Origin: Guillardia theta CCMP2712
Lineage: Eukaryota; Protista; Cryptophyta
Direction: 5' to 3'
Assembly (NCBI RefSeq): GCF_000315625.1
Contig: NW_005434661.1
Coordinates: 830,345-894,344 of the forward strand
Length of the DNA: 64,000 bases
The position numbers were made by a program, and so were the translations under genes. Shown here one piece after another: positions 1 through 13,000 of this stretch (its first letter is position 1; each line of letters begins with the position of its first letter). The notes below the pieces were generated by a model that saw only the letters and a list, made by a program, of their open reading frames with translations, ran no database searches and was not told the origin of the DNA.

Positions 1-1161
1 AAGTCCGAGGGGACCAAAGAGTTGCTATCAAGACTGGAAGGGTATGGGGATGAAGACGCGGAGGAGGATGAGCCGGACAGCGATGAGGAGGGGAAGTCAA
101 AGGTCAAAAAGCCTGCCGCCAGACGAGAATCCTCCTCTAGGTCTCGATCACCGATCAGAAGAAGGTCGCGTTCTTGGGAAAGGAGATCCCGCTCTCCAGC
201 AAGTCGATCTCGGGACAGGAGGAGGTCTCGATCCCGGGACAGGAGGAGGTCTCGTTCTCGGGACAGGAGGATATCTCGATCTCGGGACAGGAGGAGGAGT
301 CGATCTCGGGACAGGAGGAGGAGTCGATCTCGGGACAGGAGGAGGAGTCGATCTCGGGACAGGAGGAGGAGTCGATCTCGGGACGGGAAGAGGTCTCGAT
401 CTCGGGATAGGAGGAGTCGTTCAAGGGATCGAAGGTCCTGGTCACAAGAACGGAGAAGGTCCCGATCGCGAGGCTCAATGGATGGAGGAGAGGATGAGAG
501 CAAGAGCAAAGAACCAGCGGGAAACTTGCGCACAAGTGCAAACACCGTGCAAACACATGCTGGGGGAGGTAACCCTTGCACGTGGAGCCATGGCGAATTT
601 TCACACAGCAGCAGGTCAACCAAACGTCATGGTGGGAACCAGCCCAGCATTCAGCCTTGCCTCTGCCTCCCAAAAGCGAAAACTTCTGTCTGACATATCC
701 GGCTCTCCGAGCTCTTTGCTAATGCTGCCTTAGATGGGCCTCTAAGCCTAAGGAGGAGACGGGCAACAACACTGCAAAATGGACAAGTCTTTCAAGCTCT
801 CTGGGTGATTCACAAGCTCAGGTGTAATGATGGTAGACAGGCTGCAAGACGAAGCATCTGAACGTCCTGAGCAGGAAAAGTTTCTTAAGCTCATGGGAGG
901 GAAGAAGCCAGGTAAGGGAGGAGACCGTTAAGTGAGATTTTCGATGGGCATGCCTGACTGCAATGGAGGCAACGAGGCCATGGCAGGTAAGGCGCCGGAA
1001 GCCCCTCCAGGAGATCGTGCTAGCTATCGGAACATGCAGCAAAACCTGGAGAAAGAGTTCGATGAAGCCCTCCGACGTGAGCTGATGCATTTCATTTGTT
1101 GCAGTTGGTTGAAAATTTGTCAATAGGAAGCCAAGGAATGGGGAAATTTGGACTAGGCTAG
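1..1161 (+). CDS. Arg/Ser-rich protein with C-terminal small-acidic-protein (SMAP)-like domain, RSRC2-like; 5' end outside window; multi-exon
   Basis: SRSRDRRR repeats in ORF 22-693; later exons read EQEKFLKLMGGKK, YRNMQQNLEKEFDEALRR and GMGKFGLG*. Confidence 0.75.
204..420 (+). repeat. 24-bp coding tandem repeat (tcgatctcgggacaggaggaggag) encoding the RS tract
   Basis: About 9 near-identical 24-nt units visible. Confidence 0.9.
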
Positions 1162-1555
1162 GGTAGAGCATACATATGTTTTTCAATTAACGTAGAGAAA
1201 GATTCAACGTTCATATAAGTACAATGGGCCCAGATACATCGTCATGGGAAAGAATGTTTATTACCAAAACAAAAATCTCAGCGCAACAGTTTATCCCTAC
1301 AGCTTCATTTCCCATGCTTTTGCTTCATGCAGTTCATGAAATGTACTCTTGCTATATATAACCATTTCGCTACATCTGTTTCGAAATCATATTGAAACAT
1401 CCGATCTGAAATCCAAAAAGGAATGTGCAACATCAACCACAGATTCAAAAGTCAACCAGAAAATTCCAGCATGGCTTCGAGTTCCGATGCCTGGGTGCGA
1501 CAACTGAATCATGGATGGACTGCAATCAGATCTCCAAAGAATGTGGAGGCACAAA

Positions 1556-2774
1556 TTATCCTTGAGGCCTTTCAGGCTGGATTGTTTCCTGATACTTCAA
1601 AATCGTCCAGTCGAACACATAATCGTACTGGAAGCCTTCTCGAATGAACAAATCACGGAATAACTTTCTCAAATATCTACAGCAACGTATGAGTATAAAG
1701 TAACGCCATCCAGTTATCCTAAGCTTACCCATAATCTGGCTTGTCATCGAATCTCAAGGCCCGAACATAGTTCAGGTAGGTGGCAAATTCCTGGGGGAAG
1801 CCTTTGCCTGGGATTATGTCAGGATTCGAACATGATAAAAATCACTAACTCACAGAGCTGCTCCACTTGAGTGCCCATCTTCTTCTCTGAGATCTTCTCA
1901 TACTTTTGCTTCTTGTTTGCAGCGCGCAATCCTTGCCACGGAAGGCTTCCACGATTGAAATACATGAGGACGTATCCCAGCGACTCCAGATCATCGCGGC
2001 GGCTCTGTTCAATACCCAGATGAGTATTGATGCTCGCATATCGAGCAGTCCCAGTCAAATTCTTGTTCTCTCGATAGGGAATGTGCTGTGACAAAAAAAT
2101 AAGCAACAGCTCCGAGAGAAGAGGAGAGTGAGTACCTGATGTGTCTTGGGGTCGCGATACTTCTTTGCAAGACCGAAATCGATAATGTTGACCTGGTTTG
2201 CCTTTTTTCCTAGGCCCATAAGGAAGTTGTCAGGTTTGATGTCACGATGTATAAAGCTCTTGGAGTGCACGAATTCTATACGACTAAACAAAGTATCAAT
2301 GTGATATCCCAAAAACAAAAACAAAAACAAAAATACCTCAACATTTGCTCCGCCAACATCAGGACAGTTTTCAAACTAAACTTTCTCGAACAGAAATTGA
2401 ATAGATCCTCTAAACTTGGCCCAAGGAGGTCTATGACCATGACGTTGTAGTCGCCCTCCACTCCATACCAACGAACGCTGGGAAGGCCTACTCCCCCTTG
2501 AAGAATCTTGAGTACCTTGGATCTGCACACCAAGAAAAATGAGACAAGTCGCAATGTAAGCGACAAGAATTACTCATAAAGGAGCTGTGGGTGCTTGCTT
2601 TTGACGCTTTCCAACTTGATGGCAACTTCTTCGCTCGTCGAAATGTTTGTTCCTGAACGAAACATAAGCGATTACACAAAAGCATATATTCAAATCACCG
2701 AGAAAAATATCTCCAAATGAGCCGCTTCCTATCTTTCGCCCAATTCTGTACTTATTTCCAACTCGAAGCTCCAT
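1556..2774 (-). CDS. CK1: Casein kinase 1 (delta/epsilon-like), multi-exon
   Basis: [116 protein letters not shown]. Confidence 0.97.
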
Positions 2775-4005
2775 GTTTCAATCCAGGAAATATGAACTAT
2801 AGGCCTGGACCAATTTGTCTGTTTGTCACCAGTAGTGGCTAAGCCAGCCTGCGACCCTTGTCACGGGTCGCTCAAGTCCTGCGATCAGATTTCTGACTCA
2901 GGTTGTACAGGTCTGAATTTGATTGAGTTTCCAGCCTAAAAGAAACAATCAAAATCAGTATCGCTTCACAAGCTTTGAGAGATTCAAATTCGACGAAAAC
3001 GTTCAACATACTGCAATACTTTCAACTTTGTATTTGAAAGCACACAACAGGTATCAAACATTTCTATCTACAATGAAACAAATTCTGTATACGACTAGCT
3101 TGCAAAGGTGCAACTGAAGAGCCGCGAAAACATTTCATGCAATCTCAATGCCATACAAATTCAATATTTGGCGATGTAATGATTAGATCATGCATCACCA
3201 GGATTGATTCTCATATCGAAAACTATTCTGAGTTGGTTATCTTCTCAAAAACGCTGAGAAACCTTCTCTTCACGATGCTGATATCAATGCAAGCCGAGAA
3301 ACCGCTCAAACCACACACTCAGCCAACAGGCAAGCAGGCGAGACAAAAGAGATGAGAACACGAAGAACAAGTGAGAGAAACAATCTACTTGATGCAGACT
3401 ATGAAGTTCAATCAAACTAGATCACTTTCAGCGATGACGAGGCTTGAGGAAGCCAAGTCAGACTCTCCTCTCTCTCTTCCCGCGCATGCGCAACCGCTGG
3501 AAGACGCGGTGGCGGATGTGCACCCACCCCCACCCATGAACCTGTCGATTGCTGAAGAAATAAGGGGTAGCTGCTACATAATTGGTTGTCACCACCGGTC
3601 CTGTATGATGAAAATTTAGTATCAAGCACCAGTACTCGCTGGAAGTGATCATCTATCTAGTGGGGTACCATCACAAGAGGGGTAGTCAGAAGGTCAGGTA
3701 GGACCGTCGGCGTCGTAGGAGGTCCTATACTCCCCACATAGCGCGATACAACCTGCTAATAAGGTCAGATATGACAAGGTCATAGGAAATGTTATTACAA
3801 TTGTAGGAGCTCAATTCTAGATATGCATAAGACTTGGTACTAGGAAAGAGCCTACCAAGAAGTGAGTAGGTGGCAACAGAATGCGATATTAGGGATCCAC
3901 ACTGTAGAATCAGTTCAATGATTCAAATATTGCTTTGTAAATTCCATTTTTAAACAAAAAATTCAAAACCTTTAGGAATTTGGAATAAATCAATAAAACA
4001 ATTAC

Positions 4006-4730
4006 GGGGTATTCGACAGAAACGCGCAGATTGTTTCGTTTCACAGACCTAAAACCTGAAGTATTTTAAAGGATACTCTTCTATGCCTTCACGGGTCCAA
4101 ACAGGGCAATGTCATGTAAAGGGGGTGGGTACTATTTGGTACCAATTAATAATTATTAATAATAGTTTTATTCTTACGGTACAAAAGTACTTTTGAATCC
4201 GACCACCCCACCACTTCCCACTCATTAACCCCCCTAGTTCACTCCAACCACCACCCCTACCCCTCTTTGTACGACTAACATTCACCGAAGCTGGTTCTGC
4301 CAGTTCTTCGTACAGACGACTAGCCGCTTCCACGAGGTTGCCGTCAAGGCTCCATCCCACGATTTGATATCCCTTCGAGATAACTTGTCCTATACGAAGA
4401 TTGCAAGGAAGCCCCAACAGAGAACGGACTGTTTCAACATGGTGCATGAACGATGTGGGCTTCTGAGCTGGCATGGGCGTCCGCGGCGTGCTGGAAAGGC
4501 CAGATTGATTGGCGGGAAAATAGTACCAAGTATAGCAGTTTGTACGGGGGCGTACTACGGTACTTCAGCAATAATTGTTTGTAAAATGGAATGTAACTTA
4601 AATTAGTACCGAAATAGATATTTTTATAATGTTAACAATAATTTAATAGGCGTTACTATCCATATAATTTGTACTATCTGTCTAATTGTCCTACATCCAT
4701 ATATTTCTGCGCGTTTATGTCGAATTCCCC
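4006..4730. mobile_element. Non-autonomous Mutator-like DNA transposon, 725 bp
   Basis: TIRs ggggtattcgacagaaacgcgcaga (4006-4030) and tctgcgcgtttatgtcgaattcccc (4706-4730), 23/25 match; perfect direct repeat aaacaattac at 3996-4005 and 4731-4740. Confidence 0.85.
4112..4474 (-). CDS. Small ORF or gene fragment inside the transposon; only the first ~70 aa look protein-like
   Basis: MPAQKPTSFMHHVETVRSLLGLP...GNLVEAASRLYEELAEP, then runs into a G-rich tract. Confidence 0.35.
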   Translation of the reverse strand: MPAQKPTSFMHHVETVRSLLGLPCNLRIGQVISKGYQIVGWSLDGNLVEAASRLYEELAEPASVNVSRTKRGRGGGWSELGGLMSGKWWGGRIQKYFCTVRIKLLLIIINWYQIVPTPFT

Positions 4731-5442
4731 AAACAATTACCCTTGATTCGAAAATATCTTCTTGAGACAGCCAAGCGGTATGAATTAGCAGAAATCTGTA
4801 CTATATTATCAGTATTGACAAAAATTATAGCCAAATTATGATAGAAATACTTATATAAAATTACTTAATCTGGTTTGAATCTGTACCAGCATTTCCTCTG
4901 TGTTCGGATGCTTAAGAATTTTAAAATAAAAAGAAATCTTTATGGAAAAGAAATTGTCTTCAGTAAAATCGACGGTGAGAATATTGGCTCAAATATGTGT
5001 TTACTACTGTGCAACATTTGAAAGAAATGCAGAGTTTATGAAGAGGAAACCTCTTGTGAATATAAAAGCTCTCAGACAGGATAAAAACCGAATCATAAAA
5101 CTTTATAACTATTATTCAAATTGTCCCAGACGTCTACGTACCTGAAAAAAAAAAGTGTTGAGAACCTTTTTAAATATCACCGTACAAAATTTGACGATAG
5201 TTTTGTACTGAAGATTTTAGATATCTTTACAAAATCATCCAGAAAGTAGTACCAGAGAAACCCCCATTCCTAACAGGATGGCACGGAGCTGTTAATCGAA
5301 GTAAAGCCAAAGAAGTGAACGGTTTAATCCGTTACAGATCAACAAACTACGGCCGTTACCACAAAATAACTGCAGGGCCGCCAATGTCGTAGGTGGGGGG
5401 AAAGGAAAGAAGCGAAAAAGCGGTGGCAGTGGGAGGGAGAGG

Positions 5443-7549
5443 ATGGTAACAGTCAGCATGGGTCGGAACGAAGCCCATTGTCACCAGGAGCCGATGAGCT
5501 CCTTTCTTGTTTGGTTGACCATTGTTTCTGGTATGGGAGGGTTCCTTTTCGGAATCGATACAAGCAACATATCCGGAGCGCTCAAGTTCATCGAGGAGGA
5601 GTTCCATGTAGACTCGGCCTTAACAACCGCCATCATTGTTTCGGGTACTATCGCAGGTTGTGTTCCTGCCACGGTGGCTGCAGGTTGGCTTGGTGGTACC
5701 TTCGGACGGAAGCCAACTTTAACGATGTCCAGCATTCTGTTCATAGTCGCAGCCGGCATCATGTCCCTTGCTGCAAACATACCAATGTTGGTTGGCGGTC
5801 GCATTGTTGCTGGCTTTGCAGTTGGTATAGCCTCTTGCACCGTGCCGGTTTATCTGGCGGAAACGGCTCCAACATCTCATCGAGGGGCCATAGTGACTTG
5901 CTATGTGGTGTTGATTACCTTCGGTCAAGCAGTGGCGTACATGATTGCGTATCTCTTCGCTATGATTCTTCCACAATCTTATGAATGGCGGGCTATGCTG
6001 GGTACTTCAGCCATCCCTGCTCTCTTCATGTTGCTCGGGTTGATCCGCATGCCTGAAACACCGCGGTACCTTGTCTTGCAGGGGAAGGACGAGGAGGCAC
6101 GAAGAGCGCTCGTCACAATAAGAGGTCATGAGAATGTAGACGAAGAGCTGATTGAGATAAAAGAAGTGTGCTTGAACGAAGGTCAGGAAAGCGTGCGAAG
6201 TCTGTCTAGCAAGGGACTCAGACGGCACCTTCAGGTGGGAGTGGGATTGCAGGTAATGCAGCAGTGCCTGGGGATCAATGCCATCATGTACTATAGCGTC
6301 AAGATCATCCATGACTCCGGCTTCACGTCGGGTCATGACGACATCTTCTATTCGATTCCGATCGCGTCCACCAACTTTCTTTTCACTTTTGTTGGTCTCT
6401 TCCTAATTGACGTGACAGGGAGGTGAAGCAAGCTTTATGCACTCTTGCTCAGATGGTAATACCTTTTTTCCAGGAGAAAGCTCTTGCTAGGATCCTTGAT
6501 TGGAGCTACAATATCTCTCTTTGGGCTTGCTGCCTATTTTTCTTCCATGTCCGCTTCTTCGCCGCGGATTACTCCTCCAGACCAGATTGTCAACCTCTGC
6601 CAGCAGTATCAGAATGTAAAAGCTGCAGCATTTTGCCACCTGAATGTGCTAACATGTTTCTTCATCAGTGTTACGATTGCACGCGGGACTCCCAGTGTGG
6701 TTTTTGCTATTCCGGAGAGCAAGCTGTTTGCTCCCCTGGGAATCTTGACGGGCCGCTCAATGCAACTTCATGTGATCGAGTCACTTGGTCGTACGACGCT
6801 TGCCCTTCCTCGAAAGCATGGGTTGCTATACTACTGGTCCTATTCATCGTCAGGCTTCCCTTGTTCCACGGCATGACTGTATTTCAGGTCATGCTCTACC
6901 TTGCTTTCTTCGCCTCAGGGATCGGGCCTGTACCCTGGACAGTCAATTCAGAGATCTACCCGCTTTCCGTCCGATCGCAAGCGAATTCTCTTGCGACTGT
7001 TGCAAACTGGACAACAGGTGATACGAGCTCCCGCCCTCACGCGGCTCAGAGGCTCATGGTTTTATCGCAGACCTCCTGGTGGGTTCCTTCGCCTTCCCCA
7101 TACTCCTTGAGTACCTCAGCGCCTCCATCACTTTTGGGATATACGGATGCGCAGGTGAATCGAGACGAATGTGACAGACGAGATTTGATGGAAATCCAGG
7201 GATCATCGGGATTGCGTTCACTTACTTATCACTGCCCGAAACAGCTGGGAAATCGTTGGAAGAAATCCAGGTATCGAAAATTTCCAGGACAAAGAGCGTA
7301 TGTAGGAGTGAATTTCAATCTGCAGGAATATTTCTCGTCTTCCGAGAGGTGGACCGACGTTCGTCGTAAATCGTCGCATGTCAGTGATTCTTCACTATGT
7401 TTTCATTTTCTCTGAATGCTACATTCCAGTCCCCGCTTTTGCACAATGACCAACTCAACTCCAAGACGGACACCCATGAGGAAGATGAAGATGAATGCGC
7501 TGAACTTTCAGTGGCAAAAGAAGAGCTGATTGTTGAAAATGAAAGATAG
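5443..7549 (+). CDS. MFS sugar porter, H+/myo-inositol transporter-like (INT/HMIT), with a Cys-rich PSI-like extracellular loop; multi-exon
   Basis: GGFLFGIDT, FGRKP, PVYLAETAP, PETPRYL, QQCLGINAIMYYS, CYDCTRDSQCGFC, GPVPWTVNSEIYPLSVR, LPETAGKSLEEI. Confidence 0.93.
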
Positions 7550-7565
7550 TTATCGTACAGCCTGC

Positions 7566-7800
7566 TACACCGTGCCGGTGACCGTACCGTACTGTAACGG
7601 CCGCGGTGACTTAGCCGGGCTCAGGGCCGTACGCCGCCCGCCGGCCGACTGTGCCGCAGCCGCCGGCCCGGCGGGCCACGATGCCACCGTGACGGTCCGT
7701 CCGGGCCCGGTACCGTCGGACTCTGCAACTTTGAAAGTATCGGAGTTTCAAGTTTCAACGTCAAAGTTTCTTAGGTCAAAGTTTCGCAAATTTCGTGTTA
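7566..7800. promoter_or_regulatory. GC-rich CCG/CGG island followed by AAGTTT-rich tract, upstream of ribB
   Basis: Composition and position; similar islands precede other genes in the window. Confidence 0.5.
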
Positions 7801-8199
7801 GCTCCGAGGCGGACTTCTTTGCAACCTGCGGCCGCGCATGCTCCCCTCCCCCCTCCCCTCCGTTGACTGATCGACGTCCTCCGCCCTGCCCGCGTGCCCC
7901 TGCAGCAGCTCGCTCCTCCTCTCCTCGTTCCAACGACCTGCTCCGTTGCTTCCCTTGCAACTCTCACCAACTTGATCGTTTCAGGCACCATCCTCCATCC
8001 ATCTGTACTGAAACCGCACGTGCACTCTGCTTTCAAGGAAGGGAGAAAGGGTCGGTATAGCTCGTCGATTCTTCGACGTCACTAGTGTTGCTCCTCTTCG
8101 TCCTCCCTTAACCTTCTCATCCTTCCACTCCTCCACCCGAAGTTCCCCCTGCTCCTCGACTGCTCACTCTACGCCCCTTCCCCGCTCGAACAAACTGCA

Positions 8200-9870
8200 A
8201 TGTCAAGCACGCAAAGCAACGGCACGTCCTCCAAGGACACGTGGTGTTTCGGGAAGCAGTCAGTGACAGATGCCATTGAGGCTGTGAGGAACGGACAGAT
8301 GGTGATTGCCTTCCTCTCGTTCCTGTTACTCCATGCTCACCTTGTTTGTGCGCCTGGCAGGTCATTGTGGTCGATGACGAAGATCGCGAGAACGAGGGAG
8401 ATTTGATCATGGCGGCAGAGAAAGCAACAAAAGTATGCAAGCTACATGTCAGTTTGCATGCAACACTGACGTTTTTCCGAACAGGAGACCATTGCCTTCA
8501 TGATCAAGCACACTTCCGGGGTGATATGCTGCGCCATTGAGGGGTGAGGAGGCGGAGAGAGCAGGCAGGGGCTGACAAGCAGGACGACAGGGAACGAGCT
8601 GTAGATCTCCAGCTCCCTCAGATGGTTGAGAAGAACGAGGACGCCAAGTAGGAGCAGGAGACAGTTCATGCGACATGCGGCTGACGCGCGTGCGCAGGTG
8701 TACTGCCTTCACCGTCTCTGTCGACCTTCGGCATGGCATCACGACGGTAAGATGCGCCTCCTGCCACTTCCCCCTCCCTTCCACTTCTTCCCCCTTTCCT
8801 CCTCTTCATCCCTCTCCCCTCCCTTCTCCTCTTTTCACTTCCTGCTTGACTTCCCAATTCCTCTCTTCTTCCTTGTTCTCTCCCCTCCCTTCCGCTCCCC
8901 CACCCATATTGTCCATCGTTTGCAACCATCGTCTTACTAATCGACTTCCTTCAGGGCATCTCAGCTTCCGATCGTGCGGCCACTCTCCGAGGTTTGCCCT
9001 CTTAAAGTGCCACATCTCCTCTCCCTAATACCTGTCCCTCCTTCCTGAAGTCACCTCCTTCCCTTCCTCCCTGAAGTCTCCTCCTCCTATCTCTCTCTCT
9101 CCTCCACCTTCCCCTCCTCCTCCTTCTCCTCCTCCTCCTTCCCTGCTCCTCCTGACCCTTCTTGTCAGCTCTGGGGAGCAAGGAGAGCAAAGCAAGCGAC
9201 TTCACCAGACCCGGTCACATCTTTCCGCTTCGGGGAGTTCCAGGAGGAGTCCTCTCGCGCGAGGTGTCTACTCCTCTTGTCTTTCATCCTTCCTTCACCT
9301 TTCTCCTTCCTGCTCCCCTCTCCTCGTCCCTCCTCTACTTTGCTTCCTCATCGTCATTCCATCACTTTCACCATCTCCTCTCCTCTCCCTCTCCTCTCCC
9401 TCTCCTCTGCTCTCCCTCTCCTCCTCACTGCAGATTTGGCAGGGACACACTGAGGCATCGATCGACCTTTCCGTCCTCGCCGGGTAAAATTCGCAGCTGT
9501 TCTCCACCAAAAGTACTGACTATCTTTCAGCTGCACTCCGGCCGGCGTCCTCTGCGAGATTGTCACTGAAGATTGCTCTGAGATGATGCGCGTACCGGAG
9601 CTGAAGGTCTTTGCGAAGAAGGTGAGGAAGAGCGGAGGAGGAAGGGAGGGAGGGCGGGAGTGAGAGCGGACGACGAGCAGCAGGGAAGAAGGGGAGGGAC
9701 TGAATGGGAGGAAAAGGGGAGAATAGGAGAGAGTGGGGGAGAGGAAGGGAATGGAGGAGGAGGAGACTGCGACAGGAGGAGCTGACGACCGATCTCTCCA
9801 GCATTCCCTTGTTTTCACTTCAATCCAAGACCTCAAGATGTATCGCCGCAGTCTTGACGCAGCAAACTAA
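8200..9870 (+). CDS. ribB: 3,4-dihydroxy-2-butanone 4-phosphate synthase (riboflavin synthesis), multi-exon; may extend further 5'
   Basis: VIVVDDEDRENEGDLIMAAE, TSGVIC, TAFTVSVD, GISASDRA, DFTRPGHIFPLR, GHTEASIDL, PAGVLCEIV. Confidence 0.95.
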
Positions 9871-10038
9871 TGATTGCGCTTCTTATATTCCTCATCGTTA
9901 CCCTCCTCCTCCTCCTCCTCCTCCTCCTCCTTAACCCCCCTCCTTCCTCTTGCCTGTTGTCAGGAACCAGGTCCAGTAGCCTGTTGTTTCCGATGATTCC
10001 TCGCAATGAAGCTAAAGACTGTTCCCTCGTTTCGAAAT

Positions 10039-13000
10039 TCATTCTTCCACCTCCTCGCACCCTGTTCTCTCCTCCTCCTCCTCCCTGTACTCTACCAAGT
10101 CCATTCCCATCACGCGCAGGGGGTCTCGATCCACCGAGAAGCGAACGTCTCTCTCCTCCTCCCAAGGCACTGCCCTCGACGCCACCCTGTACGCCCTCTC
10201 CTCCCCTCCCAGCAGCCGCAGGAGGTCTTCCGCAACCAGCCTCACCTGCCTGTCCTCCTCCTGCTTCCTGCATGCGAGGGCGACTGAGAGGACGAGCTGG
10301 TCCAGCTGTGACCTCTCGCCTCGCACGAAGAGCCTGCGGATGGAGAGCAGGGCGCTGAGCCGTACGGGAGACGCTTCCTCTTTGACGAGCTCCAGCAGCA
10401 CCGTCAGGCTGCTGCTGTCGTTGACAGGCGCAAGAGCTCCCAGCGCGTGCGTCAACGTCTCCACGTCTGCTGCTCTACCTCTGCTCCTGCTCAGCTCCAG
10501 TTGGGCAAGCAGGCATGAGCTTGCCTGTCCCTCCTGCCTCCCTCCTCCTTGCCCGAAGAGCACGGACATGGCATCCTCCGATCCTCGGGCAAAGACGTCA
10601 GGGAGGACCGCGAGGACGGCATGTCGGACGAGCTGGTCCCCGTCAAGGAGGAGGAGGAGGAGCTTCTGCTTGATCGGGGCTAGAGCGCATCGCATGTTGA
10701 TGGGCCTCTGCATGAGCGCAGAGCAAGCTTGAGCCCCCGACACCCGAGCATCGGCATGGTCGCAGCCGAGGAGGAGATCCACCGACAGGGCGGCAGCACG
10801 GAAGCCGCGGAAGCCGCAGAGGAGCGAGAGAGAGCGGAGGGAGTCGACGAGCCTCCTCCTCCTCTGCTGCGAGATGTCAGTACGGAGCTGCTTCACTATC
10901 CTCAAGGTGAAGACTGGGAAGGGGTCCCTCACGTCCTCCTCGCTCAGCTCCCCGAACATCTCCTGCATCGTTCTCGTCCTGTGGCTGCACGCGACGCCAT
11001 GGCAGGACTCGCGCATTACCTTCTCCTCCCACCTCCGCTCTTGCGGATCGTTGTCAGGATCCCTCCGGTTGCGCAGCAGCAGCGAGTGGTCGAAGTCGAC
11101 CTCCTCGCCATGGTTGGATGCGGACGAATACCGAAGAGCCGCCGCCTCCTCTGCCTCCTGCCCCCCTTGCTTCCCGCCCCCTCCCTGCTCCTCTCTTGCT
11201 CCCGGCCCCTTCTTCTTCCTCTGCATCGTTCGATGCAGGAGCTGGGCAGCGGCTTCCTTCACCGTCTCGTGCGAATCTTTGGAGAGGAGGAGGAGCAGGT
11301 CAGTAAGAGGAAAAGGACAGCTTGCCTTGTTGACGAGCAGCGAACACACGCTCACAAACTTGAGCCGGTCAAAGTCGTCGGAGCTGCGGGCGAGGCCGGA
11401 TAGGATGTGAACGATCTCCTCCGTCCTCTCCTCCAGATCAAACTGGTCGACAGCTCTCACCAGTGCCTCCACGTCCCTTGTCCCCTTACAGCTCACCAGC
11501 CGACGTGTCACTTGCTCGAACAGCGCCGCCGACATGTTTCGGCGACGAACAGCCTCGATTGCAGCATCGTGGACGAGCTTGTGATCTGACAAGACACCAT
11601 CCACAATGATGTCAAGGATGCGCTGCTGCCCTTCGTTGCTCAACCTCCCGAGACATCTCAATCCCGTCGCCTTGAGATCTTGGTCGGTTGAGGTGCAGAG
11701 GAGAACGACTCGGTCCATGACGTAAAGAGGACAGGAGTCCTGATCCACCAGCGCTGTGATCGCTTCTTCAGCGCTTCTTCTCACTGCTGCACTCACATGC
11801 TCCAGGTTGTCCATGACGTGCGGGATCAGCTGAAAGCGGCCTCAGAGGAGCAGGAGGCCACAGGCACATGCAGAGACAAGCAAGAAGTAGAGGAGACAGG
11901 CGAAGAAAAGTGAAGAGATCAAGACTACAGGGGAGGAGGGACGAGGACGAGAATGGAATTGAGATGGAGGTGGATGTAGGCACATTTACAAACGCTGAGT
12001 ATCCACTTTGAAACAAACACATCAAATCTTTACCTTGTACGAATTTAAGCTTTTCGGTTTTGCAAGTTTCTTTACTGTCAGCAGCGCCCTTTCCCTGGTT
12101 CATCGTCATCGCCTCGTTCTCTCAACCTCTTCCATCACCACCATGACCTTATCCAAGACCAACATACCCCTCGCCAACACCTTCCTCTCTCTCTCTCTCC
12201 CTCCCTCCCTCCCTCCCTCCCTCCTCTCTTATTCTCTCTGACCTTATGGGGGCCAAGGCATCGTGCAGCAACGACACCATGGCAGAGACGCTGCCTTGGC
12301 TCTCAACGTCCGGATATCTCAGAAGCACATCCATCGCTCCTCCTTCACCTCTCCTGATCCCTTCCTCGATGAGGCGCAGCAGCCCTCCGTTCATCGGCTC
12401 CACCTCAAGCTCGCTCGCCTCTCGATCCAGCATGACGACAGACATGTCGGGGAGAGCAAGGTGAGGCGTTGAGCAGTCCAGCTGTTGATTCAGCTGAAAG
12501 ATGCTGTCAAGAGACATTCTCATCTCCTTGGCTATCCAGAAACTCGTTTCTCCCCTCATTGTCACAAAGTATCCTCTGCTCGGCCACCTGGCCTTCCTGC
12601 TCCAAGGATCCGCTGTCGCCTCCCGCCATGGCACGGAGAAGGAGAGGAACTTCTCCTCCTTGCCCACAGCTACGATCTTGCCATCAGCCAAGCCCCTGTG
12701 ACTGATCCGCAACCCCATCCTCCTCCCAGACATGTCAAGGTCTACAACATGGGCATACAGCAACGACGCTCGAGCTCCCTCTCCCCCTTCCTCCTCCTCC
12801 TCCTTGACCTCAATCATCTCCCCCATGCTCGGACAGTCAGGCAAGGATGCCATGGCAGGGCATCTGAGGGGCTCTTCCTTGCTCTTGGGTCTAACGCTGT
12901 ACAGAGCTCGCTCGACCTGATCGCGAGAGGATCGGAGAGCTTCTCTGACCTCCGGGTAGCTCTCATGCTCCAGCAGATACTCCAGCCGCTCCAGCAGCTG

